Below, in pieces: positions 26,078 through 39,389 of a DNA stretch of 64,000 nt. The stretch comes from Octopus bimaculoides (lineage: Eukaryota): contig NC_068982.1 of assembly GCF_001194135.2 (NCBI RefSeq), forward strand, positions 95,874,798 to 95,938,797, read 5' to 3'. Under the pieces are notes generated by a model that ran no database searches, was not told the origin of the DNA, and saw nothing but the letters and a program-made list of their open reading frames with translations. Both the position numbers and the translations under genes were made by a program. Positions within the stretch are counted from its first letter, which is position 1; every line of letters begins with the position of its first letter.

Positions 26078-26169
26078 AGAGAATTCTAGAAAAACCATGG
26101 AATGTAAAAGAATATGGTGTTTGTTACATTGAAGATCTCCTCTCAGACGTTCCACCTGCAACATTATTG
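26078..26169 (+). CDS. MARF1: MARF1 exon, LOTUS4: ERILEKPWNVKEYGVCYIEDLLSDVPPATLL
   Basis: TAG acceptor and TTG|GTAAAT donor; phase 1-0. Contains the WxVxEYGVC motif. Confidence 0.93.
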
Positions 26170-26722
26170 GTAAATCTCGGGTTTTTGTTTTATTTGCAGC
26201 CATTACAGCTAAGACAAGCACATTTTTTAGTCATTTTTCTTTTTCATTTTTAAACCATATATACTACAGAGCAAAATTATATTTTTTTCTTTGCTTAAAA
26301 TAATTTGAGATTAACACATACTTTAGAGAGGAATTATTATGCCTAATGTAAGCAAAAATCAAAATCTACTTTTGTTTTTAAATGCCAATGTTTTTTTCTA
26401 TAGAGAATTTTAGATAGCTTTCTTAAACGATTCATAAGTTATGTAACTAACTAAAATTAACTTCTGTATCTTATCTCTCTGATTAATTGGCATTTCTTAC
26501 CACAACCATCTTGAGTTTATACAATTTGAATATTTTAAGAGTCAGACTTCAAATAACCACATTTACCACACTTTGTTAATTTACACACCAGTTATCTTAT
26601 CCTTGAGAACTTTGAAAGTGATATCATTGTCCCTGACATTAGCAAACCTTATGACCATGCTTTGTGTAAGAACTTTCTAGCTAACCTAACCAGTTATCAA
26701 TTTTACCTGTCTTGGTCTGAAA

Positions 26723-26779
<57 letters not shown>

Positions 26780-27669
26780 TGAGAGTTGGTATGTGAAAGC
26801 ACGTGGTTGGATGTATAAAACACAAAATAGTATGAAAAACTACAGAAGACTTGTATTATATGGTTAAAGAATATATTTAAATCATGTTAAGAAAATGTTA
26901 TAAAATTTTGTGTGTAGTGACATTGTTTTTGGAGAAATATCTGGTTTTGTATTTTCTTTTCAAATTTCTCATTTTTTACCGATATTGTCATCTCCTCGCT
27001 ATATGTCTGTATATACGTCTATATCAATATACCTCTAAACTGATACAATTGATTTAACATCCACTTTTCCCTGCTTGCATGAGTCAGATGGAATCTTTTG
27101 AGGCAGACTTTTTGCAGATGGATGTCTTTCTTGTCTCCAACCTTCACTTGTTTTATAACCAAACATGTTTTCACTAAAGATTGGAATCAAATGACACCAC
27201 TTGTATGATGGTGATACTCATTTACAACTATCATGTGATGTCTAGTCAAGGCAGCTCACACACACAGGCTTCTTTCAATTTACCATCTCCATTTACAAGG
27301 CTTTGGTCAGCCCAGGGCTATAATAGACACCTTTCTGAGGTGCTGTGCAATAGAACTGAACCTAAAACATGGTTGGAAAGGAGAACACTTAACCACACAG
27401 TTATGGCTGCATCTTCAGCATAGATCATGTTCTCTGAGACTTAAAGTAAATACCACTGGCATGATTAAGTGTTTATTAGGAAAATGTAGCCATAAGGCAG
27501 TTAACTATTGATGTTGCTCAATGTCACCTACAAATATAAAACGTGTTGGACAATATATTCAACATTTTTATAATTCCTATAATAAAGAAATTTGAATTAA
27601 AGTATATCATTTGTAGATGGATATTTTGTCTGTTTGCATGTGATAATACTGAAGGTTTTATAATTCCAG

Positions 27670-27712
27670 GTGAACGAAGATTCAGACCCAATCCTCTCAG
27701 CACCCAAAAGAA
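27670..27712 (+). CDS. MARF1: MARF1 43-nt exon, end of LOTUS4: VNEDSDPILSAPKR(N)
   Basis: TTCCAG acceptor and AA|GTAAGT donor; phase 0-1. It supplies the PKR motif and is needed to restore frame between the flanking exons. Confidence 0.88.
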
Positions 27713-28075
27713 GTAAGTATATATTCTGTTAATCTTTCACTAGTTTTTCATTGGATTATGACCATGCTGGGGTACAATCTTTAAGAATTGTAGCTGATTG
27801 TATTTACTCCAGTACTTATTTCAATCTGGTAGTTATTCTGTTTATCAGTTACTTTTTTATGTAAATGGAAGTAACTTGATGCATGCACAAATGCCACATG
27901 CATTGCATGTACGTCATGTACATTGCACACGTGACAAGCTCACCCCATGTATTTCACATGCACTGCACGTACACGTGCTACACATCCCAACCCACCATGT
28001 ATGCCTTAATCTCCCACCACACTTGCACACCTGTTACATGTGCATGCTACTTACAAGTACAGTGGCTGTCATGCA

Positions 28076-28121
<46 letters not shown>

Positions 28122-29389
28122 TGTAAAGCATTGAGGTATTCTGGGATTCTATGCAGTTTTTAACTATCAAATTTCCCTTATTTGCCTATGGTACTGCAGA
28201 GTGGGATTGAACCCATAATCTTGCTGCTGTCAAACTTCTTAACCACATTGTCTGTGCCTATATCTTAATTTTGTCACTTTGTCTGAGAGATGAGCTATTA
28301 GTAGTCTAGGAAGTGGCACACATTTGATTCATGAATTTATGGCTATGCAGTTTGAATTTTCTGTAAAATAAAAATATCCACTTGGATGTTAAGCCATAGC
28401 TAGTGGTCATCTTATTGAATGAGCAGATGTATGTTATGTACAGCTTGTTATATGCACATTCTACTCTTAAAAGTCTACTGAAGTGGGGGGGTTAAAACAG
28501 CTACTGTTATTCACCTAATTCAGAGGAGATAGTAGTTCATATAAACAAGTAGATTGTATGAGGAAAGAATTAGGATAGTAATCAGGTAGGCAGATGTAGA
28601 GCAAATAACTTGTGACAAGGTAGCTGAATGAGATTTTATGGAATTGTCAATCCAATTAAACAGCACAAAAATATTGATGAACGATTGGAGAGATACTGAT
28701 ATGCAGACTCATCTTAGCTTTTTGTATAAGAAATATGGATGTTAAATTAATGTTGAAGAGTTGTGCCTGACAAAAGCAATTAGTCAGTCTCATATAGCAA
28801 TATTTCAGAACAACAGTTCTTGGATGCCTAATCAAAACCTGTTGTAAATAAATGCATTGGTTACGTACAACTCTAGTATGACTTAAAGTTCATGTTTGTT
28901 AGTGTGGGAGAGTAGCAATGTCTCTGACAGTGTAAGCAACTTGGCTAGCTCAAGGGTGACTAAGCTTTCATTCCAAAAGTAATAGTTCTTTATACAGGTT
29001 ATATTTGATGCAATTTTTCTAAAGCAATCGTTGGAAAAGATTAATCTTCTAAAGACATAACTTATGCCAGATTAACATCTTAATTGGGAAATGCTTCAAC
29101 TTAATGCTTTGGAAACCAGGAAAATGTTCTCCCATTATGTGGATCATAAAATTTCAGTTTATGGCATAAAATGTTACAGCATGGGATTATTTGTATGTGA
29201 TGGAAATTGGCCCAATAATGATAACCACTGCTTGTTAATGAGCCACAGAACAAAACTTTTTTACCCTGGATTATGATCTGTAACTATTACTACAACAGCT
29301 ACCCTTTGCTCTTTTCTTATTCCAGTGGTTGGAATCATCCTCTACCAACTGGACAGGGTATCTCCTACAGCCAACCTCAACTGGGAATA

Positions 29390-30790
29390 GCTGTGACTAC
29401 CATCTCTTCTCCCTACAATCTTGCAGAAGGCTTTTGTATATGGCATTGCTTCCATTCAAAAGCTTGATAATACTCTTCTTCCCATAAGACAGTAAACTCG
29501 GTTAAGATAATTTTCTTTGCCTTTTCAGACCACAAAACTATATCTGGCCTCAGGGTTGTCTGGACAACCTGGGGGGAAACTCCAATCTTTCCCCCTGATA
29601 TTCTTTCATATTCCATGATTGGAACCCATGTAATTATTTGTCTTTACTGGACTTTTGCCTTCCTTCATGAAATTGCTGGTGGGTTTTTTCCCCTACTGAT
29701 GGTGGTTTTTGAACCTTTCCTGTTTCAGAATGTTATCAAGTCTTGCACATTGTCATGGCACCATTTCAAAGGTTCCAGTCTTCACAGGCCTTATCCATGT
29801 AACCCTCCTTCTAGAGAGAACCAATTTAGCTGCCAGTTCTTGCCCTTTCTTCCATCAGGTAGATGTCTTATGTTGTTGGAAATAAGAGCAACTGAGACCT
29901 TGCCATCTTGTAAATATAAATTCCTATGATGTCACAAAGCTTCAGCATACATTCAGCTTGTGTGGTTCAGGTTGCTCGCTAACAGCCCCCCACCCCACCC
30001 CGAATCTTGTGATGGTACCTAAATGTCTGACTGGCTCATCCTGGAAGTCCCTATACATCATTACAACTCTACACTTTGCAACCTTGAATTCCTTCACCAT
30101 AAATAAAATCTGAACTGCTCCAGCTTATGTGCAAGGCCTATTGAAGTGAAGCTTGTAGGTATTTGTTTACTTTCCTCTCTACTCTTTCTACTTGTCATTG
30201 GAATCTCATACATTGTCAATATCCACATATCTTAGAAGCAGTCCATGTTGATAGAGCCATTCCTTGTATTTTACTGGAAGCCCTGATCTTTCAATCTTCC
30301 TCAGCCACTCATCTGATCTGCCTGCTTCTCAGTATTAGTGACATTGCTTCTATCGGTGAATTGTCAAACCACTTTCCAAGGCATTTGATTGGATTTTCCT
30401 CTATTGATGGAATAGCCTCGCCTTGCACTTGCACCTTGATTCTGTTTAACTTGCCTCTCCTAATCACCAAAGTCTTAGATTTCTTGGGCTTAAATTTCAT
30501 TCTATCCCATGTTGCCATGTGTTCAAGTGAAGCCAGCACCTGTTCCATTTCCACATAGATTGTGGTTGTCACTGTAAGATCAGCCATGAAAGCCCTTATT
30601 GTATGTTGTTGACTGCCTGATTCCATTGTTGTTCCTTGAACTTTATCAGTGGCTTTTATAAGATTCATTCCCATAATGAAAAGGATGGGGGTGGAGGACT
30701 GTGCAACCAATTGGAATTCCTTTCTCCAGGTTTTGCCACTGAGTTGTAAAACAGGCTGCTTTGAAACACAATTGGATGCCTCAAGATTAC
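29390..30790 (-). mobile_element. RLE-type (HERO/NeSL-like) non-LTR retrotransposon fossil, internally deleted
   Basis: RAFMADLTVTT (decayed RAFMDDL), MKFKPKKS...IKCLGKWFD and RPDIVLWS...IILTEFTVLWEE (PD-(D/E)xK endonuclease motif). Confidence 0.8.
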
Positions 30791-30900
30791 AACATTGTTT
30801 TTCCTGATGGCAAAACTTACTCCCAGCTATATTGAATTTACAATAAATTTGACCCTACTTGTATGTAGTATTGAGTATTCTCATTATTAAATTTATTTTT

Positions 30901-30954
<54 letters not shown>

Positions 30955-30974
30955 GTTTATACACACACACAGTG

Positions 30975-31250
30975 AAAGTGCATAGCTTAGTGGTTAGGGT
31001 GTTGCACTCATGATTGTGAGATTGTGGGTTTGATTCTCAGACCAGGCATTACCTTGTGTTCTTGAGCAAAGCACTTCATTTCACATTGTTCTGCGATCAT
31101 TTCGACATCTGACATGTGGCACCTGTTGCATCTGTGAAGATAGTGTTGGTCTGATGGAGAGAGTAAGCTTATGTCTACACAAACATTTGACCACTATAAA
31201 CAAATCATGTGTGGTTGTTCAGTAATTGGTGAACCCTCATACATTGTCTA
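30975..31250 (+). mobile_element. Decayed tRNA-headed SINE (family D-like)
   Basis: Head GTGCATAGCTTAGTGGTTAGGG and core TGTGTTCTTGAGCAAAGCACTT, similar to 57257-57606. Confidence 0.6.
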
Positions 31251-31385
31251 ATGACGAGTCCCTCATACACACACACACACACACAACAGCAAATCTCAGT
31301 AATGCCAGTAATGTCCTCTCAAAGTTTATAAATTCTTATATGTATAAATATAATCCTGGAATACTTCTCCTTTATATATATTTAG

Positions 31386-31588
31386 ATCAGACTGCAGCAG
31401 AAATTGCCAGAACCAAGCAGTTTTCACGGGAAGTGGTAGATATCATTCGACACAATCCTCACTGTGAAATGACTTTCAATAAATTCATTCCATCATATCA
31501 TCACCACTTTGGCCGGCAGTGTAAAGTAGCAGATTATGGTGTAGTAAAACTACTTGAATTGTTTGAATGTATTCCACATGTTGTACAG
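31386..31588 (+). CDS. MARF1: MARF1 exon, LOTUS5: [67 protein letters not shown]
   Basis: Near-identical to the recalled vertebrate LOTUS5 motif; TTTAG acceptor and CAG|GTCAGC donor; phase 1-0. Confidence 0.96.
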
Positions 31589-31849
31589 GTCAGCCTTCCA
31601 CCTATTTCAAAGAAATCACAAATGCTTTATTTTACTTTTGGTGCATAACTTTTCTATAAATTTTAACCCATAATAGATGAGCAACTATTTTTCTCTGTGG
31701 CTTGAATAATTGTTGAGGCATTCTTTAACATGAGACCAATGGTAGCCTTATTACACAAATAGTCCACCAATGTGGTGCTGAACACTTATTCTCATTGTCC
31801 AGTGTGTATATGTATGTATCATCATCTCTCTTTCTCCCATTCATTCTCT

Positions 31850-33090
31850 TCATTTAGCAACCTTTCATAGTGGCGTCTCCAAGTCTCTGCAGCATCATTA
31901 AATGCAAGTGAGCCATTATCCATGCAAACACATTTCTCTCCTATGACCTCATGATTCTCACACAGTCTTTCAATACAAAACACTGTCTCTAGTACTTACG
32001 ACGCAGAATATTGGTAAATTTTTTATCTGCTTCCCATCTGGCTAAGTAAACCTATCTCCTAGCTTCCCTTCTGGCGATCTGATATCATACCCTGCTTCCA
32101 CTGCACTTCCAGTCCTTCCATGCCTGTTTCTTTTCCCTAATGGCCCTGTCAACAACATTGTTCTGCCACCACATTACCTTAGGTCAAGAGGGGACTTTGC
32201 ACCAGCCATAGATCTGGTCCCATAAGAACCTTCAGTTGTCCTCCACATTGTGATGTAATATCCTCGTTTTTTGTCAAAAGCTTCAAGTAATATGTCTCTA
32301 AATCTCTGTCCATTCAAAGGATCTTTAAGCTTCCAGACCCTTCTTTTCCATGCTGGCTTTCTTCGGGCAGCAATTTAGCCCTGATCCTAAAGTTGCTAAC
32401 TACTAACCTATGAGGTGGGATGCATTCTTCACATGGGAAAGTTTTGGCATTTATAAGTATCCATCTTTCCCCATTTCCTGGCGAGACTGGTAGGTGAACA
32501 GGTGACTGGCAGGTTTCCTGATGTTAGTATTACAGATTATAAGATCATTTGCAACACTTAACTCTAGCAGCTTGGTTCCTTCCTCATTGTGGCAACCAAA
32601 TCTGTAGCCAACATGTACACCATGGGAGCTCCCTGGATGTTGTCTAGTATGCTCATTGAAGTCATCAGCCACAAAGAGAAGGTCCCTGTCATTCATCGAC
32701 AAGGTAGTCTGCAAGAGGGTGTCATATAATCGGTCTTTCTGTTCATCAGGTAGCCCTGGCTGAGGGGCATAAGCTGAGATGGTGGTTGCTAATTCATGTT
32801 GCAGTACTAGTCTAATCTTAAGTATTCTATCACAGACTCTGACTACCTCGATTATCTTATCAACTTATTTCCCTGTGAGGAGTATACCCATGGCCCCAAC
32901 TTTATCAGAAAATCTTATACCTATGTCCTTTGCCTGTGAGGAACCTAGCAGAATTTCTTCTCCAACTTCTTGGATGCAGCACAAATCTACACGTCTCCAT
33001 TCAAGCATCTCAACAACCTCACCAGACCTACCTTTCAATGTACCAACATTGTGCCAGTCTGGGGGTGTGGAAGGTGTAGGCTGACGAGAC
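31850..33090 (-). mobile_element. RTE LINE 5' part: apurinic-like endonuclease domain, decayed
   Basis: NVGTLKGRSGEVVEMLEWRRVDLCCIQEV, ISAYAPQPG and DFNEH motifs on the minus strand. Confidence 0.85.
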
Positions 33091-33445
33091 TCTGGGATGG
33101 GGGACAGCAGCATTATGCATCTGAAAGGAAAGCTCGCATTTCGTAGATCTCAAACATACAATAGCCTTCAACCTGCATACAGTACACCATTTTATTCGCT
33201 ACGTTATCTCTACATTTAACAGGAGATACACTAGGTAGGGGTGGAGGGGGACGGGGGAAGTGTTGCATATAGTAAGCCATTAGAAGTGCTCAAGAGAAAG
33301 ACATCCAGTATAGGTAAAAGAGGTGGGATGGGAGGGTACACCACAAACAGCAGAACACTGAGGCTTCCCTATTCCCTAGCAGAAGCCAATGTGGCATAAC
33401 CACAGACAAAGCGAGCTACTAATCAACAGTTGACATGGGAAAGCA

Positions 33446-34030
33446 AGTGAGACAGGCAGAGAGAGAGAGAGAGAGAGAGAGAGGCAGACAGAGAGAGAGA
33501 GACAGGCAGAGAGAGAGAGAGAGAGAGAGAGAGGCAGACAGAGAGAGAGACAGGCAGACACAGAGAGAGAGAGACAGGCAGACACAGAGAGATAGACAGA
33601 CAGACAGGCAGAGAGNNNNNNNNNNNNNNNNNNNNNNNNNNNNNNNNNNNNNNNNNNNNNNNNNNNNNNNNNNNNNNNNNNNNNNNNNNNNNNNNNNNNN
33701 NNNNNNNNNNNNNNNNNNNNNNNNNNNNNNNNNNNNNNNNNNNNNNNNNNNNNNNNNNNNNNNNNNNNNNNNNNNNNNNNNNNNNNNNNNNNNNNNNNNN
33801 NNNNNNNNNNNNNNNNNNNNNNNNNNNNNNNNNNNNNNNNNNNNNNNNNNNNNNNNNNNNNAGAGAGAGAGACAGGCAGACACAGAGAGAGAGAGACAGG
33901 CAGACACAGAGAGAGAGACAGGCAGACACAGAGAGATAGACAGACAGACAGGCAGAGAGAGAGACAGGCAGACTGACAGAGAGAGACAGGGCGATGGAAG
34001 GAGAGAGACAGACAGACAGAGAGACGGAGG
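33446..34030. repeat. Compound (GA)n/GACAGGCA repeat with an internal N-gap
   Basis: Directly visible. Confidence 0.92.
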
Positions 34031-34371
34031 GAGCTGATAGTCTTTATTTATGGGGGAGCTGATAGTGTGAAATCTATTTTCCTCTATAAAAGCTGAGTGA
34101 AAGGTATCAGTAACATAATACTTTGTTGATTTTAATATAGCAATGTAAATTAAGGCTGGCTTAATCCTGTAAGTCAGCAAGAACTACAACAAGGGAAAAT
34201 AGAAGTCGTAAGAGGCTGAACATCTTCCACACGTAAGCAAACATATCTGTTCGGGGATGTTTTCCTTCAGCTATATGAAGACTTATTGTACAGTATTGTG
34301 GTGGATTAGAGTAATTTGTTTCCATGTTCTTTCTGAGACCATTTTAAGGAATATTTTTTCTTCTCCAACAG

Positions 34372-34587
34372 ATTGAAGAGAGAGAAGAAAGAATGCTTAT
34401 CCTAACAAAACCAGAAAAGCTCAGGATATTTGCTGATCAAATCACTTCATTATTAAGATCTTCTCCTGATCAAAGGATGTCGTTGTTTGATGTTGAAGTT
34501 TCTTACAACTGCTTGTTTGAATGTCCATTTGATTTAGACACACAAACACAGCAAGAACTTCTTGCAATGTTAAAACCTCTCTTTCAG
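34372..34587 (+). CDS. MARF1: MARF1 exon, LOTUS5 end plus divergent LOTUS6: IEEREERMLILTKPEKLRIFADQITSLLRSS...MLKPLFQ
   Basis: Pyrimidine tract then CAG acceptor; CAG|GTAAAT donor; 216 nt, phase 0-0. Confidence 0.88.
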
Positions 34588-34949
34588 GTAAATTTCATTT
34601 CAATCTTAATGTTGATATCTTATAGTTTTGCATAGAATTGTGTGTATATATATATATATATATCAAATTGAAGGATTTCTTTAGTTACATTAATTGTATC
34701 TGACTTTTTAGATCAAATTTTGATTACAAAATTATATTGTAGCTTTTCATAATTTGTGTTACCTCAGATGAGTTGATTTTCAAAACTAAATTTTGATTAA
34801 AACCAACATATTAGCTTTTTAATAGCTCTCAATTAGTGAAACTGAGTAATAGCATTGACTATTAATTACTCGACAGAAGTTTTACTTGTATTAAACAAAA
34901 ATATTTATGTATCTCTGTTATTATACATCACTTTTGTTCACATATTCAG

Positions 34950-35159
34950 GTTGAGATGCAAGATAGACAGACATTCCTGACCATAAAATCTAGCCAAACA
35001 TTTTGTCCACCTCTTGCTGAGAAGATTATATCTATAATAAATGAATACAGTCCAGATACATTTTCTCTCGCTCTCAAAGATGTTTGTTCATATTACAAAG
35101 AAATTTTCCATGAAACATTAGACTGCAGTTTACTGACAGATTTAATCTATTATGTTCAA
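34950..35159 (+). CDS. MARF1: MARF1 exon, divergent LOTUS7: VEMQDRQTFLTIKSSQTFCPPLAEKIISIINEYS...LIYYVQ
   Basis: TTCAG acceptor and CAA|GTAAGT donor; 210 nt, phase 0-0; open in frame. Confidence 0.85.
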
Positions 35160-36439
35160 GTAAGTATTGTTAGTAATTGCATGAGCTTCGAATAACTGTT
35201 TTATTCCTTTCTTGAATAATACAAATGAAACTAAAGAGCTTTATAATTTCATCAAATTTAGTTTTCAGATCTTTCAATGCAGAAAATCATAAGCATTACT
35301 GCAATGATACCCTGTCACTTATTATGGAGATTACATATATTTCCACAATTTTACATTAAACATACAACCTCGGTGTTGTTTAATGTCAACTTTTATTCTT
35401 TTTTTTAATATGGCTGAATGCCCTTCCTAACACCAACCACTGTATGGGGTATTGGGTGCAATTTATAAGGACACCAGCATTAAAGAGGTTATGTCTGGAT
35501 GCATTTTTCATAGTACCAACACTACAGATGATAGGAGTTAGAGAGTGATAGCAAGCAAGAGGTGGATAAGTGGTGAGTGACTGATGGATGTCATGCTTGA
35601 CTTCATGCAATCACAAGTATCCAACAAATGGTGGTTAAACATTTTCACTTTAAAAATAAGAAAATGAGAGGTATAACTGTGTAGGTAAGAATTTTGTTTG
35701 TGATGTTTTTCCAGGTTCAATCATTGTGCATGCAGTTCCTTGGGAAGTTGTCTACCATTACCCCAGATTGGCTAATACATTCATACAGAAATTGCCATGT
35801 GTATTATGTATATTATTTGTTGAAACACATGAAGATTGGCAAGAAAACCAATAAACTAATTTCACATGGAAATCTGTTAAAATATTTTTTTTGTTCAAGT
35901 TACATAGGCAATCCCTTGTCACTGTTTCTATTAATGCTATTATTCTCAACATGCAATAAAAGGAACCTTTTTATAAGGGCATTAATATCATAAACAACTA
36001 TTGAATCTATACCAATTTTAATTTGTATTGAAGATTCCATTCTTGGACAAAGGATTTGAATATTAACACATACCACTACAGCACTCCAGTGTTCTGGAGT
36101 TATGTCCTTTTTCTTTCGTGTTTGCCATTTCTAAAGATCTTTAAGCTGCAATGAACTTTAGATTGTCCCATTATATTTGCTTTTGAAAACTAATTACCTG
36201 CCAAAAGTCAGTGTGTGATTTGTTTGACAAGTCAGTTGGCAGGCTAAAATATTTGATTGCAACAACTGTGATTTATATAATCAGATTATTATATAAATCA
36301 CAGTTGAATGCAATTGTAAAGCTTTAGTCATAAACCTAGAATTTAAGCTGCAAAGATTTTGTAAGAATTATGAATGCTTGAGTTAGTTGTGCAAATCAGT
36401 TATGTGAAATAGTTTTCCACTTTATCACAAACTCCTTGA

Positions 36440-37330
36440 ATGTCCATTTTCCCATACTTGCAAAGGTTGGAAGTGTCTTTTCCAACAGCATCTCATCACT
36501 TGTTGTCCCTTGTCATCTCTTTCATGAGATTCTACATCCTTAAATCACCCTTCACCATTTCTTTCTCAGTCTCCCAGAAATTTCTTGGATTGCTTGGTAC
36601 TTCTTTACCAATTCACATCATATTCCTGTACCAGTGGAATCACCATTCTTGCTATTATTCCTCTCATATCCAATTTTTCCTTCCTCCATATTACACACCT
36701 AATAAATGTATAACATGCAGGAGAGATAAAAATAGTTGAGAGAAATCACATTATACTTCCAATGAATCCTGCTCACTTCACTTCTTTCCAGCACATTCTC
36801 TACATTCAGGGCCCAATATTCACTATAATGCAGCATCACACTTCATACTCAAGTACCTTTGTCTCAGAAACCTATTGTTACTAACAGAAGTAATGGCTCC
36901 TTTAACTTTCTTTTTTCCAATCTATTTTTACTCTAGCTACTGTTTTTGGAACACCTACCTTCACTGCTAATTATTTCACCTATATAGCAGAAGCTAAAAG
37001 TTCCTTCCAGGAAGCCTTTTGAGTATTTAAAAGAATTTATTTTGTGGGTGTTAACTTATTCTCTGTGTGTTTGTTACAATCTCTTTTGTCAGCCTACTGG
37101 TGATTCCACTGCACTTCTTGAGTACTTATTCTTTATATTGAGTGATTGTGAAACTCTTTCTCTAAATTTTCTACTCAGCATGCATGGTCACTTAACCTAT
37201 GCCAGTTCTGTGCACTTTCTTGCTAACACTTTGGTCTTTGTTAAATTTACTATTAGATTTTGATTCTAGGCTCTACTTTCATGTTTGAATGTTTTCTGCT
37301 AATTCTTTGATTTGAGTATGTAAACTATTT
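36440..37330 (-). mobile_element. Old RTE LINE 3' fragment; boundaries approximate
   Basis: Reverse complement of about 36770-36850 resembles about 12030-12120. Confidence 0.5.
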
Positions 37331-38664
37331 ACATAGAACTCAGCTCTGAGGGATACCTGCATGAATACTAAATTTGTTACTTGATAATTGCTAACACTCA
37401 TCTTACTGACAGTACCATTGTATATGACTAATATTGATTTCATAAAAGCAGTGTAGTTGAAATATTTCAGCCATCTAGTGAACAGTTTTCCAACATAGAC
37501 CTTACTATTTTGTTTTAATTTTTTTAATTTGATAAAGAGGCAGATTTATTTTCCTACATCACTATCAAAAATGAAAAATTTACAAAAATTAAAGCACAAA
37601 CCTCTCTCTCTGAGAGAGATACATTTTTAGAATTTGATAATTTTGTTACATAAGGAAGTAGATTATATTTTCAGCAATTCAGTTGATTACCAAGTGCTAA
37701 TATTCAATATTCACTTTATCATGGCTGAGTGGGACTACACAATAACTAATGAAGTAGAAAGATAGGCCAATTGACATCTATTCTTTTATATAGGATTATT
37801 TCTTTTTGAAATGAGTTCTGTTGATTCAATGATTTTGTATTTTGATACAAATGGATAAAGGAATGGAGATTAGTGAAATTTTTCATAGATGTTATAATGT
37901 ATGAATGAAAGTTGATCCCCCATAGTAGTGACAAAAGCCGGAATTAGAATTAGATTTCAAGAGATTTGCTGATTCATGCATTATATTAACTAGTAATTTA
38001 TTACTTGGATTCAAAAGAATTCACTTAGAATATCAGGCATGGATGGTTGTGCAGTTAAGAAGTCTGCTTTTGAACATGGTTTTAGCTTCAGTTTCTACTG
38101 CATGGCACCTTGCAAATGTCTTCTAAAGCCCTAAGTTAACCCATTGGAACATAAAAACTGTGATTGGTACATGAAAGCTGAAAGAAGCCCTGTGTGTATG
38201 CATGCACATATGTGCATGTGAGTGAGTTTATATTTTCCATCTTCACATGTTTTCTGGATGTAAACAGTGGCCTCTTGAACAATGTTGTTTGCCTGCAGTC
38301 CACTATGAACGCATGTCTGGACTTCTTGTCATTTTGCATGATCTCTGTAAACAAAAGTTTCATTTAGTATCATTTGTTTCTAGTTCTCTGAGTTACCACA
38401 TCCAGGCTGTTTGCTGTCCAATAAGTTTTCATCTCATGAAAACAATTGGAGGTTGGTGTCAGGAAGGGTGATGTCATAGAAAACTCAACATACTCTCATC
38501 TGACCCATGCAAGCATGGAAAAGTATCCATTAAAATGATCAAAATATTGACCTAATTTGCTACTTCAGATTTGAGGATGTTCCCAGGTTTTACTTTCTTC
38601 CCCATGACATTCAGTTGATAGATTATCAAAATATTTTCTTTCAAAGTATATTTTACATTCTCAG

Positions 38665-38926
38665 GTAATTGGTGAAAAGGAATCTGCAGTTGTAATGCTG
38701 TCTCCACTTCAAGAATTTTCACAATTATTGAAGCCAATATTAAAAAATCATAATCTTTCCTTATCTGACTTTGAAAGTGCTTTCCATGATTTATATGGAA
38801 CTGAAATTAAACCAGCACTGTACAACTTCCAGTCTGTCATAGATATGTTGAGTTCAATTCCAAATGTAGTGAACCTCAAGAAGATTGAAAACAAATATTA
38901 TCCAACACTAAATGAAAACCTTAAAG
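38665..38926 (+). CDS. MARF1: MARF1 exon, LOTUS8: VIGEKESAVVMLSPLQEFSQLLKPILKNHNLSLSDFESAFHDLYGTEIKPALYNFQSVIDMLSSIPNVVNLK...
   Basis: TCTCAG acceptor and G|GTAAGT donor; phase 0-1. Shows the LOTUS pattern PxxYxFxSVxDMLxSIPxVV. Confidence 0.88.
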
Positions 38927-39389
38927 GTAAGTTGTTTGTGCAGGTGGCATGCAAGTTTTAAAAGAGAAAAATTAAAATGTATGCATTTTTCACACTTTCT
39001 TTTGTTTAAATGTCTATGAACATGCAAGATACTTATGTGTCTCACTTTATGGTATTCTTTCTTAATACATTGATTTAATGTTCATATGTAATGTTAATCT
39101 TGAAATTTTCTGTCTCTTAAAATTGCATTATTAGATTCTATAATTCTTAAATATTGTCATTCAACAACTTGCATCTAACAAATAGAATGCCATTGTAGAG
39201 ACAAGTTTTAATTTTCTCAGTTTTAGCAAGTTGAAACTTTTCTTTAGTGATATTCAGTTCATTTTTTTTTCTTTTTATTGCAAGTCTTATAAATTTGTAA
39301 AAGGAACACTTAACAATTACATGGAAAAAGTTGACATTGGTGCATATCTTTGAAGTAGAAAATAAAGTTTTCAATTCTATCTTCCCCAG

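Noticed and set aside
33376-34180. SL/ER-rich ORFs of 170-250 aa
   Set aside because: Derived from the GA repeat plus an N-gap.
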